Below are positions 36,113 through 46,276 of a stretch of 64,000 nt of DNA, piece after piece. Position 1 is the stretch's first letter. Every line of letters begins with the position of its first letter. Position numbers and translations under genes: made by a program. The notes beneath the pieces were generated by a model. It was not told the origin of the DNA. It made no database searches and saw nothing but the letters and a program-made list of their open reading frames with translations. The DNA lies in the sequence record OQ708376.1, one strand, 5' to 3'.

Positions 36113-36468
36113 TGGAATTTGATTTTTTAATATCAGTACATACTTTCAAGCACAGTTATCAGTACTTTTGTAATTTAAACAAAGGTGATTTAATGCACAG
36201 TGCAAATGAGTATATTCATTACACTCAGGGTAAATTTACATTCATTGATTACAGTTCATTACAGTATCCACACCAAGATATGCCGGACTATACATTAATG
36301 GATACCGCAGAACTATTCCAAGAATCATTAGTATTTGATAAGAAGTACTTGTGTACATTTGAAGAAGTTATTGCAATACAAAATGAAATGAAAGAGTATG
36401 CTGCTTTGCATAAACCCAATGCAAGTATTAATCAAGAATACAAATTCAATTTAGGAATTCAAGAATGA
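36112..36468 (+). CDS. EExxFQ-motif family protein (CNLxKGD subfamily)
   Basis: MDTAELFQESLVFD. Confidence 0.8.
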   Translation: MEFDFLISVHTFKHSYQYFCNLNKGDLMHSANEYIHYTQGKFTFIDYSSLQYPHQDMPDYTLMDTAELFQESLVFDKKYLCTFEEVIAIQNEMKEYAALHKPNASINQEYKFNLGIQE

Positions 36469-36824
36469 CATATGATTATTCTATGTACTATTATAAGTTA
36501 CCTAAAGGATGGGACTTGTGCTGTAATCTTATTAAGGGCGACTCGGAACATGAGTTGAGTTTATATATGCATTACAAAGATTCTTGTTTTAAATTTATTC
36601 ATGTATCACATGACGACTATGACTATGAATCTGAGAGTCTTATAGATTATACAGTACTGGACGATGGTGAACTATTTCAGGCTGCATTAGTGTTTGATAA
36701 GAATAAGTACTCCTGTACATTTGAAGAAATGGTTTCTTTGCAAAATGAAATGAAGAGATTTGAAAAAGAAAACGTATTTAATCCATCCCCATCAAGAACG
36801 AATAATTATTATTTCAATATATGA
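36465..36824 (+). CDS. EExxFQ-motif family protein (CNLxKGD subfamily)
   Basis: LDDGELFQAALVFD. Confidence 0.8.
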   Translation: MTYDYSMYYYKLPKGWDLCCNLIKGDSEHELSLYMHYKDSCFKFIHVSHDDYDYESESLIDYTVLDDGELFQAALVFDKNKYSCTFEEMVSLQNEMKRFEKENVFNPSPSRTNNYYFNI

Positions 36825-36833
36825 GATTATAAA

Positions 36834-37328
36834 ATGACATTACAGAGTTCATTGGAAAAAGCAAAGAAGATTCATGAGTACATGAATATGGCAAAAGAAG
36901 GTTCAGTTTACGGTGTTTTCAAAGACACAAGTACTCAATATTATGTGCCGGATAACCTCCTTTATAATGACTGCTCAGATACAGAAACGTGCGTACTGGA
37001 TACAGAAACATGCATACTAGATACCGACCCTAATGATTATGAATGCTTCATTAATATGCATAATGAGTACATGGTCTATATTAATGATGCAGATATTACC
37101 ATATACAGTACTGACAGCGATTCCGATGACATTATAATTCCGAGTGAAGTACTAGAAGGTCCGTGGGATAGTGAAGAGTATTACTTCCAACAAAGTACTG
37201 TATACGATGATGAAGTACTTGAAGTATTAGTTATTATGTGGTACTTTAAAAGTATTGGTTCTGGGAACTTCTATTTCGATTACAGATACGTAACGAAAAC
37301 TGTAGATAACGGTATTAACAGGGGTTGA
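36834..37328 (+). CDS. EExxFQ-motif family protein (SLxxALExA/FYLD subfamily)
   Basis: GPWDSEEYYFQQSTVYD. Confidence 0.85.
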   Translation: MTLQSSLEKAKKIHEYMNMAKEGSVYGVFKDTSTQYYVPDNLLYNDCSDTETCVLDTETCILDTDPNDYECFINMHNEYMVYINDADITIYSTDSDSDDIIIPSEVLEGPWDSEEYYFQQSTVYDDEVLEVLVIMWYFKSIGSGNFYFDYRYVTKTVDNGINRG

Positions 37329-37329
37329 A

Positions 37330-37800
37330 ATGAGTTTAGAAAGAGCATTAGAGATTGCGAAGTTAATTGATTTATGCAGCAAAGAAATTGTAGCAAATTG
37401 TCTCAATGGATATCTATTCAAGGAAGGTAAATCTTATTGTCGAATGAGATACGATGACAGTAGTGAGTACATTCACATGTACGATGAAAACTTAGATTCT
37501 TCTGAAACAACACTCAATGGGTGTGATGTTAATTTGGAAGATAATTACATGTACTTCTGTCGTGATGCTGATATTTTAATACAAGATTCTGACATTCTAA
37601 CTGGTGGTGAAGAGAAACATCTTCCGTATTCAGTACTGGATAATGACTGGGGAAGTGAAGAGTACTACTTCCAGCAGAATACTATCTACGAGGAAGATGT
37701 ACTTGACAAGCTTGTCATTCTGTGGTACTTTAATAATACAGATTGTCCTAGCTTCTATTTGGACTTGGATCTACTACGAGTTATTAAAGAGGATATATGA
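37330..37800 (+). CDS. EExxFQ-motif family protein (SLxxALExA/FYLD subfamily)
   Basis: WGSEEYYFQQNTIYE. Confidence 0.85.
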   Translation: MSLERALEIAKLIDLCSKEIVANCLNGYLFKEGKSYCRMRYDDSSEYIHMYDENLDSSETTLNGCDVNLEDNYMYFCRDADILIQDSDILTGGEEKHLPYSVLDNDWGSEEYYFQQNTIYEEDVLDKLVILWYFNNTDCPSFYLDLDLLRVIKEDI

Positions 37801-38240
37801 GTTTAGCAAGTGCACTTGAACTAGCACACAGAATACATCACTTCCACGATAACATAAAAAGTGGGTTCTATGGTGATAAAGTAAGTGCATTTGGTGATGA
37901 GTATTATCTATCAGGTATAAAGACATACTCTGATGATATTTTACTTATGGGACAGGATAAAGACAATACTATACAGTACTCTTCATGTAGTCAATATACT
38001 AATTTTTTTGTATATATTCCAGGTACTAAGATTACTTTTGACACAACAAATACACCTGTTGACTTCGGGGTACTTGATGGCCCGTGGGGTACTGAAGAGT
38101 ATTACTTCCAACAGAGTCTCATTTTTAACCAAGAAATTCTTGATTCCTTGGTTGTGTTGTGGTACTTTAAGGAATTGAATTTTGAACCATTCTTTCTTGA
38201 CTGGGGAGCATGTGAATATTTAAGTACAGGGGATTTGTAA
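37797..38240 (+). CDS. EExxFQ-motif family protein (SLxxALExA/FYLD subfamily)
   Basis: GPWGTEEYYFQQSLIFN. Confidence 0.85.
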   Translation: MSLASALELAHRIHHFHDNIKSGFYGDKVSAFGDEYYLSGIKTYSDDILLMGQDKDNTIQYSSCSQYTNFFVYIPGTKITFDTTNTPVDFGVLDGPWGTEEYYFQQSLIFNQEILDSLVVLWYFKELNFEPFFLDWGACEYLSTGDL

Positions 38241-38728
38241 TGTCATTACAAAGTGCATTGAAAGAAGCAAAGAAGATTCATGAGTACATGATTATGGTAC
38301 AGGAAGGTTCAGTACCAGGTGTATATAAAACATCTGATACTGAATTTTTTGTAAAAGACCGTGACGATTATGACGAGTCCGAGATATGTGCAGAAACATT
38401 AGTACTGCACACTGATACTGGTGACAGTGATAACTGTGAATATCATATGTACAATCAGTACATTAGTTATTGCCGTAATGAAGATATTACCATCTACAAC
38501 ACAGATAGTGATGCTGATGACACTATCATTCCTTATTCAGTACTGGAAGGACCGTGGGATAGTGAAGAATATTACTTCCAGAATAGTACGTTGTACAATG
38601 AAGAAGAATTAGATGTTATTGTAATTATGTGGTATTTCAAAAGTATTGACTCCAGTAGTTTCTATTTTGATTATGAATATGTAGAGAATACTGTAGGAGA
38701 AGGTAATGTCATTACAAAGTGCTCTTGA
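38240..38728 (+). CDS. EExxFQ-motif family protein (SLxxALExA/FYLD subfamily)
   Basis: GPWDSEEYYFQNSTLYN. Confidence 0.85.
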   Translation: MSLQSALKEAKKIHEYMIMVQEGSVPGVYKTSDTEFFVKDRDDYDESEICAETLVLHTDTGDSDNCEYHMYNQYISYCRNEDITIYNTDSDADDTIIPYSVLEGPWDSEEYYFQNSTLYNEEELDVIVIMWYFKSIDSSSFYFDYEYVENTVGEGNVITKCS

Positions 38729-39158
38729 AAAAGCAAAAGAACTACATGGATACTTTGACGATATAAAGGCAGGAAAGTTCAAAGAAGTGTACAAAGCCGA
38801 GAACGGCAACTACTACAAGGATGAAATGTATAATAACTCCGTTGGTGTAAGGGTTATTCTTGGGTTGAATTCCAATAGTCCTATATCGTTTTCTGAATAC
38901 AATAGAGATGCAGAATTTATTAGTTATGTTGAAAATGGTAGCATTCGTTTTATTAATCGCAAAAAACCATTAATTTTGAATTATGAAGTACTGGAAGGTC
39001 CGTGGGATAGTGAAGAGTATTACTTCCAAAACAGTACTGTTTACGATGATGAAGTACTTGAAGCATTAGTTATTATGTGGTACTTAAAGAGTGTTAACTG
39101 TCCTCGATTTTATTTGGATTTCGAAGAACTTCGTAAAGATCCAGAAGGTATAGAATGA
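38706..39158 (+). CDS. EExxFQ-motif family protein (SLxxALExA/FYLD subfamily)
   Basis: GPWDSEEYYFQNSTVYD. Confidence 0.85.
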   Translation: MSLQSALEKAKELHGYFDDIKAGKFKEVYKAENGNYYKDEMYNNSVGVRVILGLNSNSPISFSEYNRDAEFISYVENGSIRFINRKKPLILNYEVLEGPWDSEEYYFQNSTVYDDEVLEALVIMWYLKSVNCPRFYLDFEELRKDPEGIE

Positions 39159-39469
39159 AAAACTTATTCAGTGTTCAGTACGTTCCTGGTGAAATTAGTT
39201 TATTGTATCTGTTTGATCATGATAATTCATTATTACTAGTAGTAAAGAAATGCCAAGCTAGTTCGTTTGTTGAATACATTCACGATAGTGAATATATACC
39301 TGATTTTTTAGAGTGTGATTATTACGATGAACATGAATCATTTATTTTCCAGGAATCGCTCGTATGGGATAAATCGATCAACTTCTTTACGTTAATTGAA
39401 TTACAAAAGCAGGTGAAGTATCATTGGAATTACTTAATCACACAGGATTACATTGAGATAGAAATATAA
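39155..39469 (+). CDS. EExxFQ-motif family protein
   Basis: HESFIFQESLVWD. Confidence 0.8.
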   Translation: MKNLFSVQYVPGEISLLYLFDHDNSLLLVVKKCQASSFVEYIHDSEYIPDFLECDYYDEHESFIFQESLVWDKSINFFTLIELQKQVKYHWNYLITQDYIEIEI

Positions 39470-39777
39470 TGACTAAAAATGAATTTGATTCACTTTGTAC
39501 GGTTTATAATTCATTGACAGAAATACCTGACTTTATTAATTACATTTCAGCTTTAAATCAAATTATGCATAGTTTTGAACAATCGTTTGAAGAGAAATAT
39601 GCTGGTAGAAAAGTTCTATGTCATATGTCAATGTACTTAGGAGATGGTGAGCCTTACACTACAAGTACTACATGTGAAATAAAAAAATATAATATATTAT
39701 TGGGGACAATAGAATTCACAGTATCCAATGGTGGTAGTTATATGTACTTTAGAGATGGAGTGGTTGAATTATTATGA
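39469..39777 (+). CDS. hypothetical protein
   Basis: coupled ORF, no FQ motif. Confidence 0.7.
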   Translation: MTKNEFDSLCTVYNSLTEIPDFINYISALNQIMHSFEQSFEEKYAGRKVLCHMSMYLGDGEPYTTSTTCEIKKYNILLGTIEFTVSNGGSYMYFRDGVVELL

Positions 39778-40223
39778 GTTACGAAAGTGCAATCAAGAAA
39801 GCAAATGATATTCTACGCGTCGTTAAATTCTTCAAAGAAAATCCTGAATACTTAGCTGATGAAAACCATGATCACGATGAGAGATTGAGACGAAAAATTG
39901 TCGCTTTATTTGACACTAATGCGGATAATTATAGTCTAATTGAGTTAGCATACGATTATATTTCATTGAACCGAAACGGCAATATAGTTAATATAGAAAG
40001 ACATGCAACTGAAGAATCTTTTAAAATTTCAGATATTTTATCCCTGAGTACTGAAGAAGGGTACTTCCAGGGTAGTACTGTTTATGAACAAGGGACACTT
40101 GACAATCTATGCACATTCAGTGTAATATATCAGAAATCTGTACTAGATGTATTTTATCTTGACACTGCTGAACTGGATACACTAACCAATTTTGTTACTA
40201 CTGAAGAGGCTACATTCGAGTGA
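39774..40223 (+). CDS. EExxFQ-motif family protein
   Basis: STEEGYFQGSTVYE; FYLD. Confidence 0.8.
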   Translation: MSYESAIKKANDILRVVKFFKENPEYLADENHDHDERLRRKIVALFDTNADNYSLIELAYDYISLNRNGNIVNIERHATEESFKISDILSLSTEEGYFQGSTVYEQGTLDNLCTFSVIYQKSVLDVFYLDTAELDTLTNFVTTEEATFE

Positions 40224-40756
40224 TGAAAGTTAACATCAATGACTTTGATGCATTACAAGATTTATCAAAAAAGATTCGCACCATTGTACCAGTACTCAAA
40301 AAATGCAGTACTGGTTTAATCGATCCTAGTACTGTTGTTAATGAGAAGTACAATTTTCATTATGTATTACAGGGTACTGGGGCATTCCAGAAGTGTGAGG
40401 TGCGTGAGACACACGTAATTGATACATCATTGTTTTCTATTGGTGCACCTGTGTCGAATAATACTATTTTCCTAGACAACGCTGGAAATATTCAACAATT
40501 AACATTTAAGAAAAGGAAAAAGAACAATAACATTGGTGTGTATGCGATGAAGTGGGGTCAACCTGATTTGAAGCGTGAAATTCACATCCCTAAGTACAAT
40601 TACAATGCATTTGACGAACAGTGTTTTCAACTATCGTGTACTGACCCTGACTATGCTATCATTCAGTTCTATATGGAATTGCAGATAGCATTTAACAGTA
40701 ATTTGTATATTAACTTATTGGCGATGAACATCGATGAAGTATTCAAAAACATTTAA
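40220..40756 (+). CDS. EExxFQ-motif family protein
   Basis: FDEQCFQLS. Confidence 0.75.
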   Translation: MMKVNINDFDALQDLSKKIRTIVPVLKKCSTGLIDPSTVVNEKYNFHYVLQGTGAFQKCEVRETHVIDTSLFSIGAPVSNNTIFLDNAGNIQQLTFKKRKKNNNIGVYAMKWGQPDLKREIHIPKYNYNAFDEQCFQLSCTDPDYAIIQFYMELQIAFNSNLYINLLAMNIDEVFKNI

Positions 40757-40952
40757 TCGAATTGAATACATGAGAACTGTGAGTGCAGTGTGGGACATAT
40801 GGTTCACTACTAAACCAAAAATGGATTACCATGACTTTAAGCTCTTGTTCTTCGTTGGCTCTAACAAACAGGATGTTGCAATGAAGGGTTATATTCAGCA
40901 CTTACAGGAACTAATCCAGAAGAGAATATATGAAAATAATAGACCAAAATGA
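40734..40952 (+). CDS. GTNYQ-family paralogue 31
   Basis: FVGSNKQD. Confidence 0.75.
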   Translation: MKYSKTFNRIEYMRTVSAVWDIWFTTKPKMDYHDFKLLFFVGSNKQDVAMKGYIQHLQELIQKRIYENNRPK

Positions 40953-41121
40953 CATTGCTAAACTATTCAATATATATTCTACTAGAATGATGCAAACAGA
41001 CTCATATAGTACTGAATTCAAAGAGTTGAAAGTACTGATGTACTTGGGAACCCAATATCAGGAACAAGTTATTTTGGAATATATTAATTCGCTGAAGAAG
41101 GATATCCGTTATGTACGATGA
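40930..41121 (+). CDS. GTNYQ-family paralogue 32
   Basis: YLGTQYQE. Confidence 0.8.
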   Translation: MKIIDQNDIAKLFNIYSTRMMQTDSYSTEFKELKVLMYLGTQYQEQVILEYINSLKKDIRYVR

Positions 41122-41671
41122 TTTAGATCTTGCGTTTGAACGTATGGTAATTTTAATGCAATGTGCAGAAATGCATGAAACAATCCGTCGCACCAAAGGG
41201 ATTGAATATACAAGTAAACTATTCTCATACGAAAGTCGTCGAGGGATGGATCATTTTTACTGCACTGATTGTTCAAAGTTTTCAGTACTGAAATATTATC
41301 ATCCTACTGTTTCCAATAATAGTTTAATATCCACATATGACGGTGATCTGTTTAGTGTAATGTATGACACATTACATCCATCAATTTCAATCTATAAAGA
41401 TTGCGATAGTAGTTTATCGTATATAATTGAAGATTACTTATCTCCTAATACTGAAGAGAATATTTTTCAGAACAGTGTGTTGCATGATGAATTAAGTATA
41501 AAATGCATCTATATGTTCAATAAGTTAAAAGAGTACGCCGATAATAATTACTTAATTGATAAGTTAGCAGTATTGTCTGTTTCCGTTTTTAATACAAATG
41601 ACATTGATATGAAATACTATAATGAGATTTGTAAAGTACATCATATGTATAAGGAACTATTATGTCAATAA
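41111..41671 (+). CDS. EExxFQ-motif family protein
   Basis: TEENIFQNSVLHD. Confidence 0.8.
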   Translation: MYDDLDLAFERMVILMQCAEMHETIRRTKGIEYTSKLFSYESRRGMDHFYCTDCSKFSVLKYYHPTVSNNSLISTYDGDLFSVMYDTLHPSISIYKDCDSSLSYIIEDYLSPNTEENIFQNSVLHDELSIKCIYMFNKLKEYADNNYLIDKLAVLSVSVFNTNDIDMKYYNEICKVHHMYKELLCQ

Positions 41672-42264
41672 ATGCAAATAAATGTTGTAGTGCAGATGTG
41701 CATTTGTTTTTTAAGAAATTAGCAAATGATATTATATATATGCAGGAAATGATTTATCACAAACGAGCGGATTTAGAAAAAGCATTAGTACAGTTCTCAT
41801 TTATGCTTGATGGTGATATATTTCTAGAGAGTGATGCATTGCGAATAGTATTAGACAAAAATGCTAAAAGATTTTTATTTCATATAGATAATAAATTATG
41901 TTCCTCCGTATGTCGTACTTTTTATAATCGTGATTCGGACTTATATCAATTCCTTTATGCTAAAGGTGCAGTAGAAGCATCATATGGTGATGGTTATGCC
42001 CTAGGAAATAGTATTCCATTTATGAAATCATTTAAAATAGAACACATCAGTACTGATGAAGATGCAATGTTCACAAATGATATAACTATGGGACGTGAAG
42101 ATGCAATGCGATATATTACAAATTCTATGCATACATTCTTTCAACGATCAGAATTTGATAATGTATATATATCAAATGTAAATATTTTCACTGACCTGTG
42201 TCAGTACTTGAGAAGTGTTTGTGATTTTGATGAAAGCTATTGTAAGCTTTATACTGAGGTATAA
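41662..42264 (+). CDS. hypothetical protein (possible divergent FQ member)
   Basis: TDEDAMFTND. Confidence 0.7.
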   Translation: MSINANKCCSADVHLFFKKLANDIIYMQEMIYHKRADLEKALVQFSFMLDGDIFLESDALRIVLDKNAKRFLFHIDNKLCSSVCRTFYNRDSDLYQFLYAKGAVEASYGDGYALGNSIPFMKSFKIEHISTDEDAMFTNDITMGREDAMRYITNSMHTFFQRSEFDNVYISNVNIFTDLCQYLRSVCDFDESYCKLYTEV

Positions 42265-42269
42265 AACAA

Positions 42270-42632
42270 ATGAACACATTAAGTATTACATACTATACAA
42301 CTAAAAAATTAGTTACTTGTTTAATATCATTGAAGACAAACCATGATGATATGTTTGATATGGCGGCATATGAATTAGAATTATCAGAAGATGGCTTCAA
42401 GAGCTATGAAGTATATAGCTATGTTCGTGAAGATGTAATTGACACTACACTAATGCAAGAGGATGAGTTATTCCAAGAAAGTTTAGTATGGGATAATAAG
42501 TACGATTGTAACTTTGATTTCTTATGTTTAATCCAGAAAGAAATGAAAAGAATCTTTGATAATTATCCAGTGAAGAGATTGAGTACTGGACCGGAGCAGT
42601 ACAGGAGAATTTTATTCCGTTATGAAGACTGA
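42270..42632 (+). CDS. EExxFQ-motif family protein
   Basis: MQEDELFQESLVWD. Confidence 0.8.
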   Translation: MNTLSITYYTTKKLVTCLISLKTNHDDMFDMAAYELELSEDGFKSYEVYSYVREDVIDTTLMQEDELFQESLVWDNKYDCNFDFLCLIQKEMKRIFDNYPVKRLSTGPEQYRRILFRYED

Positions 42633-42957
42633 ATTAGTGAAAGTAATGTACGCTACTCATATTAAACTACTACTTGTGAAATTTGATTATAATAAAAAAC
42701 ATAATGATTTCTATACTTTAATTCGTGATGAAAATACATTCTCCTTGCGATGCAACAATATACCGTTGAAGATAAATGATTTTACTTCACTTGACGAGGG
42801 TGAATTATTTCAAGAATCATTAGTTTTTAATAGTAATATAAAAATTGATATAGAAGTTATTAAAAAATACCAGATTTTATTGAACAAAATTATGAATTGT
42901 TATCCATGTGAAATAGGAGGTCATATGCAGTTCAAATCAAAAATGTATGAATTATGA
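42622..42957 (+). CDS. EExxFQ-motif family protein
   Basis: LDEGELFQESLVFN. Confidence 0.8.
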   Translation: MKTELVKVMYATHIKLLLVKFDYNKKHNDFYTLIRDENTFSLRCNNIPLKINDFTSLDEGELFQESLVFNSNIKIDIEVIKKYQILLNKIMNCYPCEIGGHMQFKSKMYEL

Positions 42958-43501
42958 GGTTTATATGTTAGATGAAAAAATGAACAATGGAACACAATAT
43001 AATCATCTTAAGTTGGATACATTCGAATCAGCTATCAGTACTGCACAAGATATAATTGATATTATCAAGTTCATTAAAGAAAATAAGTTCAAATGTTTGA
43101 AAATACTAAATCGTTCAATGTACCGTGATAACAATATTCATGTATCAGTACGTAGACCGAAAGATAAAGAAAGTGGGAGAGATTTCTATAACAACAGTGA
43201 GCAGTTCGAATGTGAATATGATCCAGAATTCAGAGGCGGTTTCATGTGTTACAGTATAAAGGATACCTCACACATTGAGATACGTTCATCGAAAGGTGGC
43301 ATACGTACATTAGAGTTCATTGATATAGTTTTAAATCAGGAATACTACTTTCAACTATCATTATTGTTTCCTGCATACGATTTAGGAGTTCTATTCATGT
43401 ATAAGTACTTTTATGAGCACTGGAATGAAGACTTCTATCTGGACTTAGAAGATTACCAATTAGTTTGGAAAGAAATGGTAGAACTTCGCAATCCCTCTTG
43501 A
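42947..43501 (+). CDS. EExxFQ-motif family protein
   Basis: NQEYYFQLSLLF; FYLD. Confidence 0.8.
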   Translation: MNYEVYMLDEKMNNGTQYNHLKLDTFESAISTAQDIIDIIKFIKENKFKCLKILNRSMYRDNNIHVSVRRPKDKESGRDFYNNSEQFECEYDPEFRGGFMCYSIKDTSHIEIRSSKGGIRTLEFIDIVLNQEYYFQLSLLFPAYDLGVLFMYKYFYEHWNEDFYLDLEDYQLVWKEMVELRNPS

Positions 43502-43560
43502 CACCCACCGATTCTTTGTGATATAATCCCTTTATATTAATTGTAAAGGGTTATAACACA

Positions 43561-44037
43561 ATGTCCAAAGACCTATCATTTAGCAATGCACAAAAAATAG
43601 CAAAAGACATTATCAGGGTTTATAAATTCCTTGCGAATGTTACTGAAGATTTTTCCGTGGGGGAACATAAAGTTATTAAACGAAATGGATACCTTTCATT
43701 TATGGATGGGTTACTCTATAGTTCAGATGAATCAACTTGTAGCATTAGAGTACTTGATGAAGTACCAAGTGGTGATTTTATTTCATACCATTTTCCAAGT
43801 TCAGATAATTTCAAATACTACAATCATCTTCTTATAAATGAAGCATTTAATACGATTGTAATTAACACTGAAGAAGAGTTCTTCCAGTACAGTACTGTGT
43901 ATCCAGAGAGGATTGTTTTCAGTTCAGTGATTTTAACAGCCCTTAAAAATGAACTAAATTCCGATAGTGATCATTTCTACTTGGACCTGAACAATGTCGA
44001 TTGTATTATTGAGTACCTGGAGAAAAATGGTTTATGA
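43561..44037 (+). CDS. EExxFQ-motif family protein
   Basis: TEEEFFQYSTVY; FYLD; promoter TTGACA..TATAAT at ~43499. Confidence 0.8.
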   Translation: MSKDLSFSNAQKIAKDIIRVYKFLANVTEDFSVGEHKVIKRNGYLSFMDGLLYSSDESTCSIRVLDEVPSGDFISYHFPSSDNFKYYNHLLINEAFNTIVINTEEEFFQYSTVYPERIVFSSVILTALKNELNSDSDHFYLDLNNVDCIIEYLEKNGL

Positions 44038-44519
44038 TTACTACAGAATATGATTACTATGGTGTTTTAGAATTTACAGAAAATATCTATCGCATTGCAA
44101 AGGAGTTCAGAAGTCCTAAGCCTTTTGGTGGAATGCCTTTTGGTGGTATGTTTCAATACGATGAGTTCAGTTCATCTAAAGGAAGACTAGCATTTACTAA
44201 TGGTAGAGGTAATCAAATCTACGCGGAGTACTTTGATGATAATGACTTTCATTACAAAGCCGAATACATTTCATATTGCCCTGGGTCTGATTTGAAGATT
44301 AATATTGATACATTTAGAGAAGCAGTATTTGTTCCGTATAATGATTTAGTCTTCATGTCAGAGGAAATGTACTTTCAGGGTTCTTGTATTCATGATGTAA
44401 AAGTACTTAATGCTATGTTATTTTATGGTGCACTACTTAATCATTACAAATACAATCAACGATTCTTTTTAGATTTAGCAGTCTACTATAAATGCGTGGA
44501 TTATTTGAATGCAAAATAA
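44034..44519 (+). CDS. EExxFQ-motif family protein
   Basis: MSEEMYFQGSCIHD; FFLD. Confidence 0.8.
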   Translation: MITTEYDYYGVLEFTENIYRIAKEFRSPKPFGGMPFGGMFQYDEFSSSKGRLAFTNGRGNQIYAEYFDDNDFHYKAEYISYCPGSDLKINIDTFREAVFVPYNDLVFMSEEMYFQGSCIHDVKVLNAMLFYGALLNHYKYNQRFFLDLAVYYKCVDYLNAK

Positions 44520-44871
44520 GAAAACAATTCAGTACATGACGGATGGCAATGAATGCTTTGCTTCAAGATATGAATTCAACAAGAACCATTTCGTAACCTA
44601 TATCCCTGAATATAATCAGTTTTATCTACAGATTTACCAAAATGATTCATATATGAATGAGATATATTCTGAAATAAAAATCCCGGATTATAGTACTTTA
44701 TCAGAAGAGGAATTGTTTCAGCAGAGCACTATCAGTACTGAAGATGTGTATGAAATAATGGAATACCAGAAGGTACTTAAATATTTCCATGAAGTTCAGG
44801 ATATACAAATGGATAGTGTTAAAGCGTGGAATTATAACACATACGAGGTAAATTATGTTCGAAATGATTAA
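44509..44871 (+). CDS. EExxFQ-motif family protein
   Basis: LSEEELFQQSTI. Confidence 0.8.
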   Translation: MQNKKTIQYMTDGNECFASRYEFNKNHFVTYIPEYNQFYLQIYQNDSYMNEIYSEIKIPDYSTLSEEELFQQSTISTEDVYEIMEYQKVLKYFHEVQDIQMDSVKAWNYNTYEVNYVRND

Positions 44872-45268
44872 AATTATGCAACGATGTATTGTAGACCAAC
44901 ACGGGATATATGGATATCGTTTAAGTGCTCCTATTGACAAAAATAAAACAACCTATGTAAGCTATAATGCTGTACAAGGATTTGATATATTCATTGATGC
45001 CAACAATAAAATCAAACAAGCTAAGGATGTGTCTATAATGACCCCTGACGAGCTATTTCAGTACAGCTTAGTTCTGCCTACCTGTATTGATTTACAACGT
45101 CTAGGAGCTATACAGAAGGTTTTACGCGAACATAAAGTACAACCCAATAAAGTCACACACATTCCAGAAACAATCTTCAAAACCATAGAAGTAGAAACTC
45201 CTGATTATATGTTAAGTGATGATGAGTACTACGAGAAACACTTCCCTGGTAAAGTTTGGAGAGACTAA
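44855..45268 (+). CDS. EExxFQ-motif family protein
   Basis: MTPDELFQYSLVL. Confidence 0.8.
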   Translation: MFEMIKIMQRCIVDQHGIYGYRLSAPIDKNKTTYVSYNAVQGFDIFIDANNKIKQAKDVSIMTPDELFQYSLVLPTCIDLQRLGAIQKVLREHKVQPNKVTHIPETIFKTIEVETPDYMLSDDEYYEKHFPGKVWRD

Positions 45269-45750
45269 TGAACCGAAAGTACAGAGAAACTATGAAGTTC
45301 GCTAAGGAGTGTTTAGAGACAGTTGATTTCATTTTCGATAACAAAGACTCACTGGGTCATCACTTCGTAATTACAAAGAAAGAAGATAAGAGATACAAGT
45401 GTGAAAGATTAGGATACAGTATTGAGTTCTCCTTAATGATTGATGGAATGATAAACTCCTTATATGAATGTGGTAAGACTGATTACCTTTCATTTAGATC
45501 ATGGAGTGAAGGTATCATGTTCTTGAGAACAAATGGAGTTTTATATCCGTTTCTTGATGATTTATCAGAAGAAAGTTACTTTCAAAATAGTTTAATTTAC
45601 ACAGAAAAAGAACTCAAGATGCTATTCATTATGTCGTACTTTAAAAAGTACTGCAAATTTAATACATTATCTTTTGAGATTTCTGCAATGAAAGTATTCA
45701 TTAAAAATGTAAAAGAATTAAAGAGGGCTTTTAATGTACATAGAAAATGA
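45268..45750 (+). CDS. EExxFQ-motif family protein
   Basis: LSEESYFQNSLIY. Confidence 0.8.
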   Translation: MNRKYRETMKFAKECLETVDFIFDNKDSLGHHFVITKKEDKRYKCERLGYSIEFSLMIDGMINSLYECGKTDYLSFRSWSEGIMFLRTNGVLYPFLDDLSEESYFQNSLIYTEKELKMLFIMSYFKKYCKFNTLSFEISAMKVFIKNVKELKRAFNVHRK

Positions 45751-46276
45751 GAATGTAAAATGCATTACTGACATTTGTATAAAATTAATGAAAATTTTCA
45801 TTAACCCAAAATACAAGACTCGTTCTTTACATCATAATATTGATGAGCATTGTACCATTAATATACTAGGTAGTATTCTTGATGTAAAATATGATGGTAA
45901 AATGTTATTCGGTATAAGAGAAGAGAAGATAGATGATGCATTCTTTTCTTCTAAAGATAAATTTGAACCTTCTGATTATAAAGTGATTATTCGTGATGAT
46001 AGCATCTATATTAGTAGTGATTATTCAAATTACTTCGATAAAATATACACTGAAAACGTTGACTACCATTATGAAATGATTGATTTACCAGTAACAGACA
46101 TTGATATGGAGAGAATCAAATTTTCATTATCAGATAATGAGTACTTAGGTATACAAACATATTATTCACTACAAGGAAAGATTCCACCTGCTATGTATAT
46201 AAGGATTGAGATTGGTAATGTATTCAATGATAAGGTTATATCAATTGCTGATAAAATATTGAGGGTTGAATTATGA
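45734..46276 (+). CDS. hypothetical protein
   Basis: coupled ORF. Confidence 0.7.
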   Translation: MYIENENVKCITDICIKLMKIFINPKYKTRSLHHNIDEHCTINILGSILDVKYDGKMLFGIREEKIDDAFFSSKDKFEPSDYKVIIRDDSIYISSDYSNYFDKIYTENVDYHYEMIDLPVTDIDMERIKFSLSDNEYLGIQTYYSLQGKIPPAMYIRIEIGNVFNDKVISIADKILRVEL

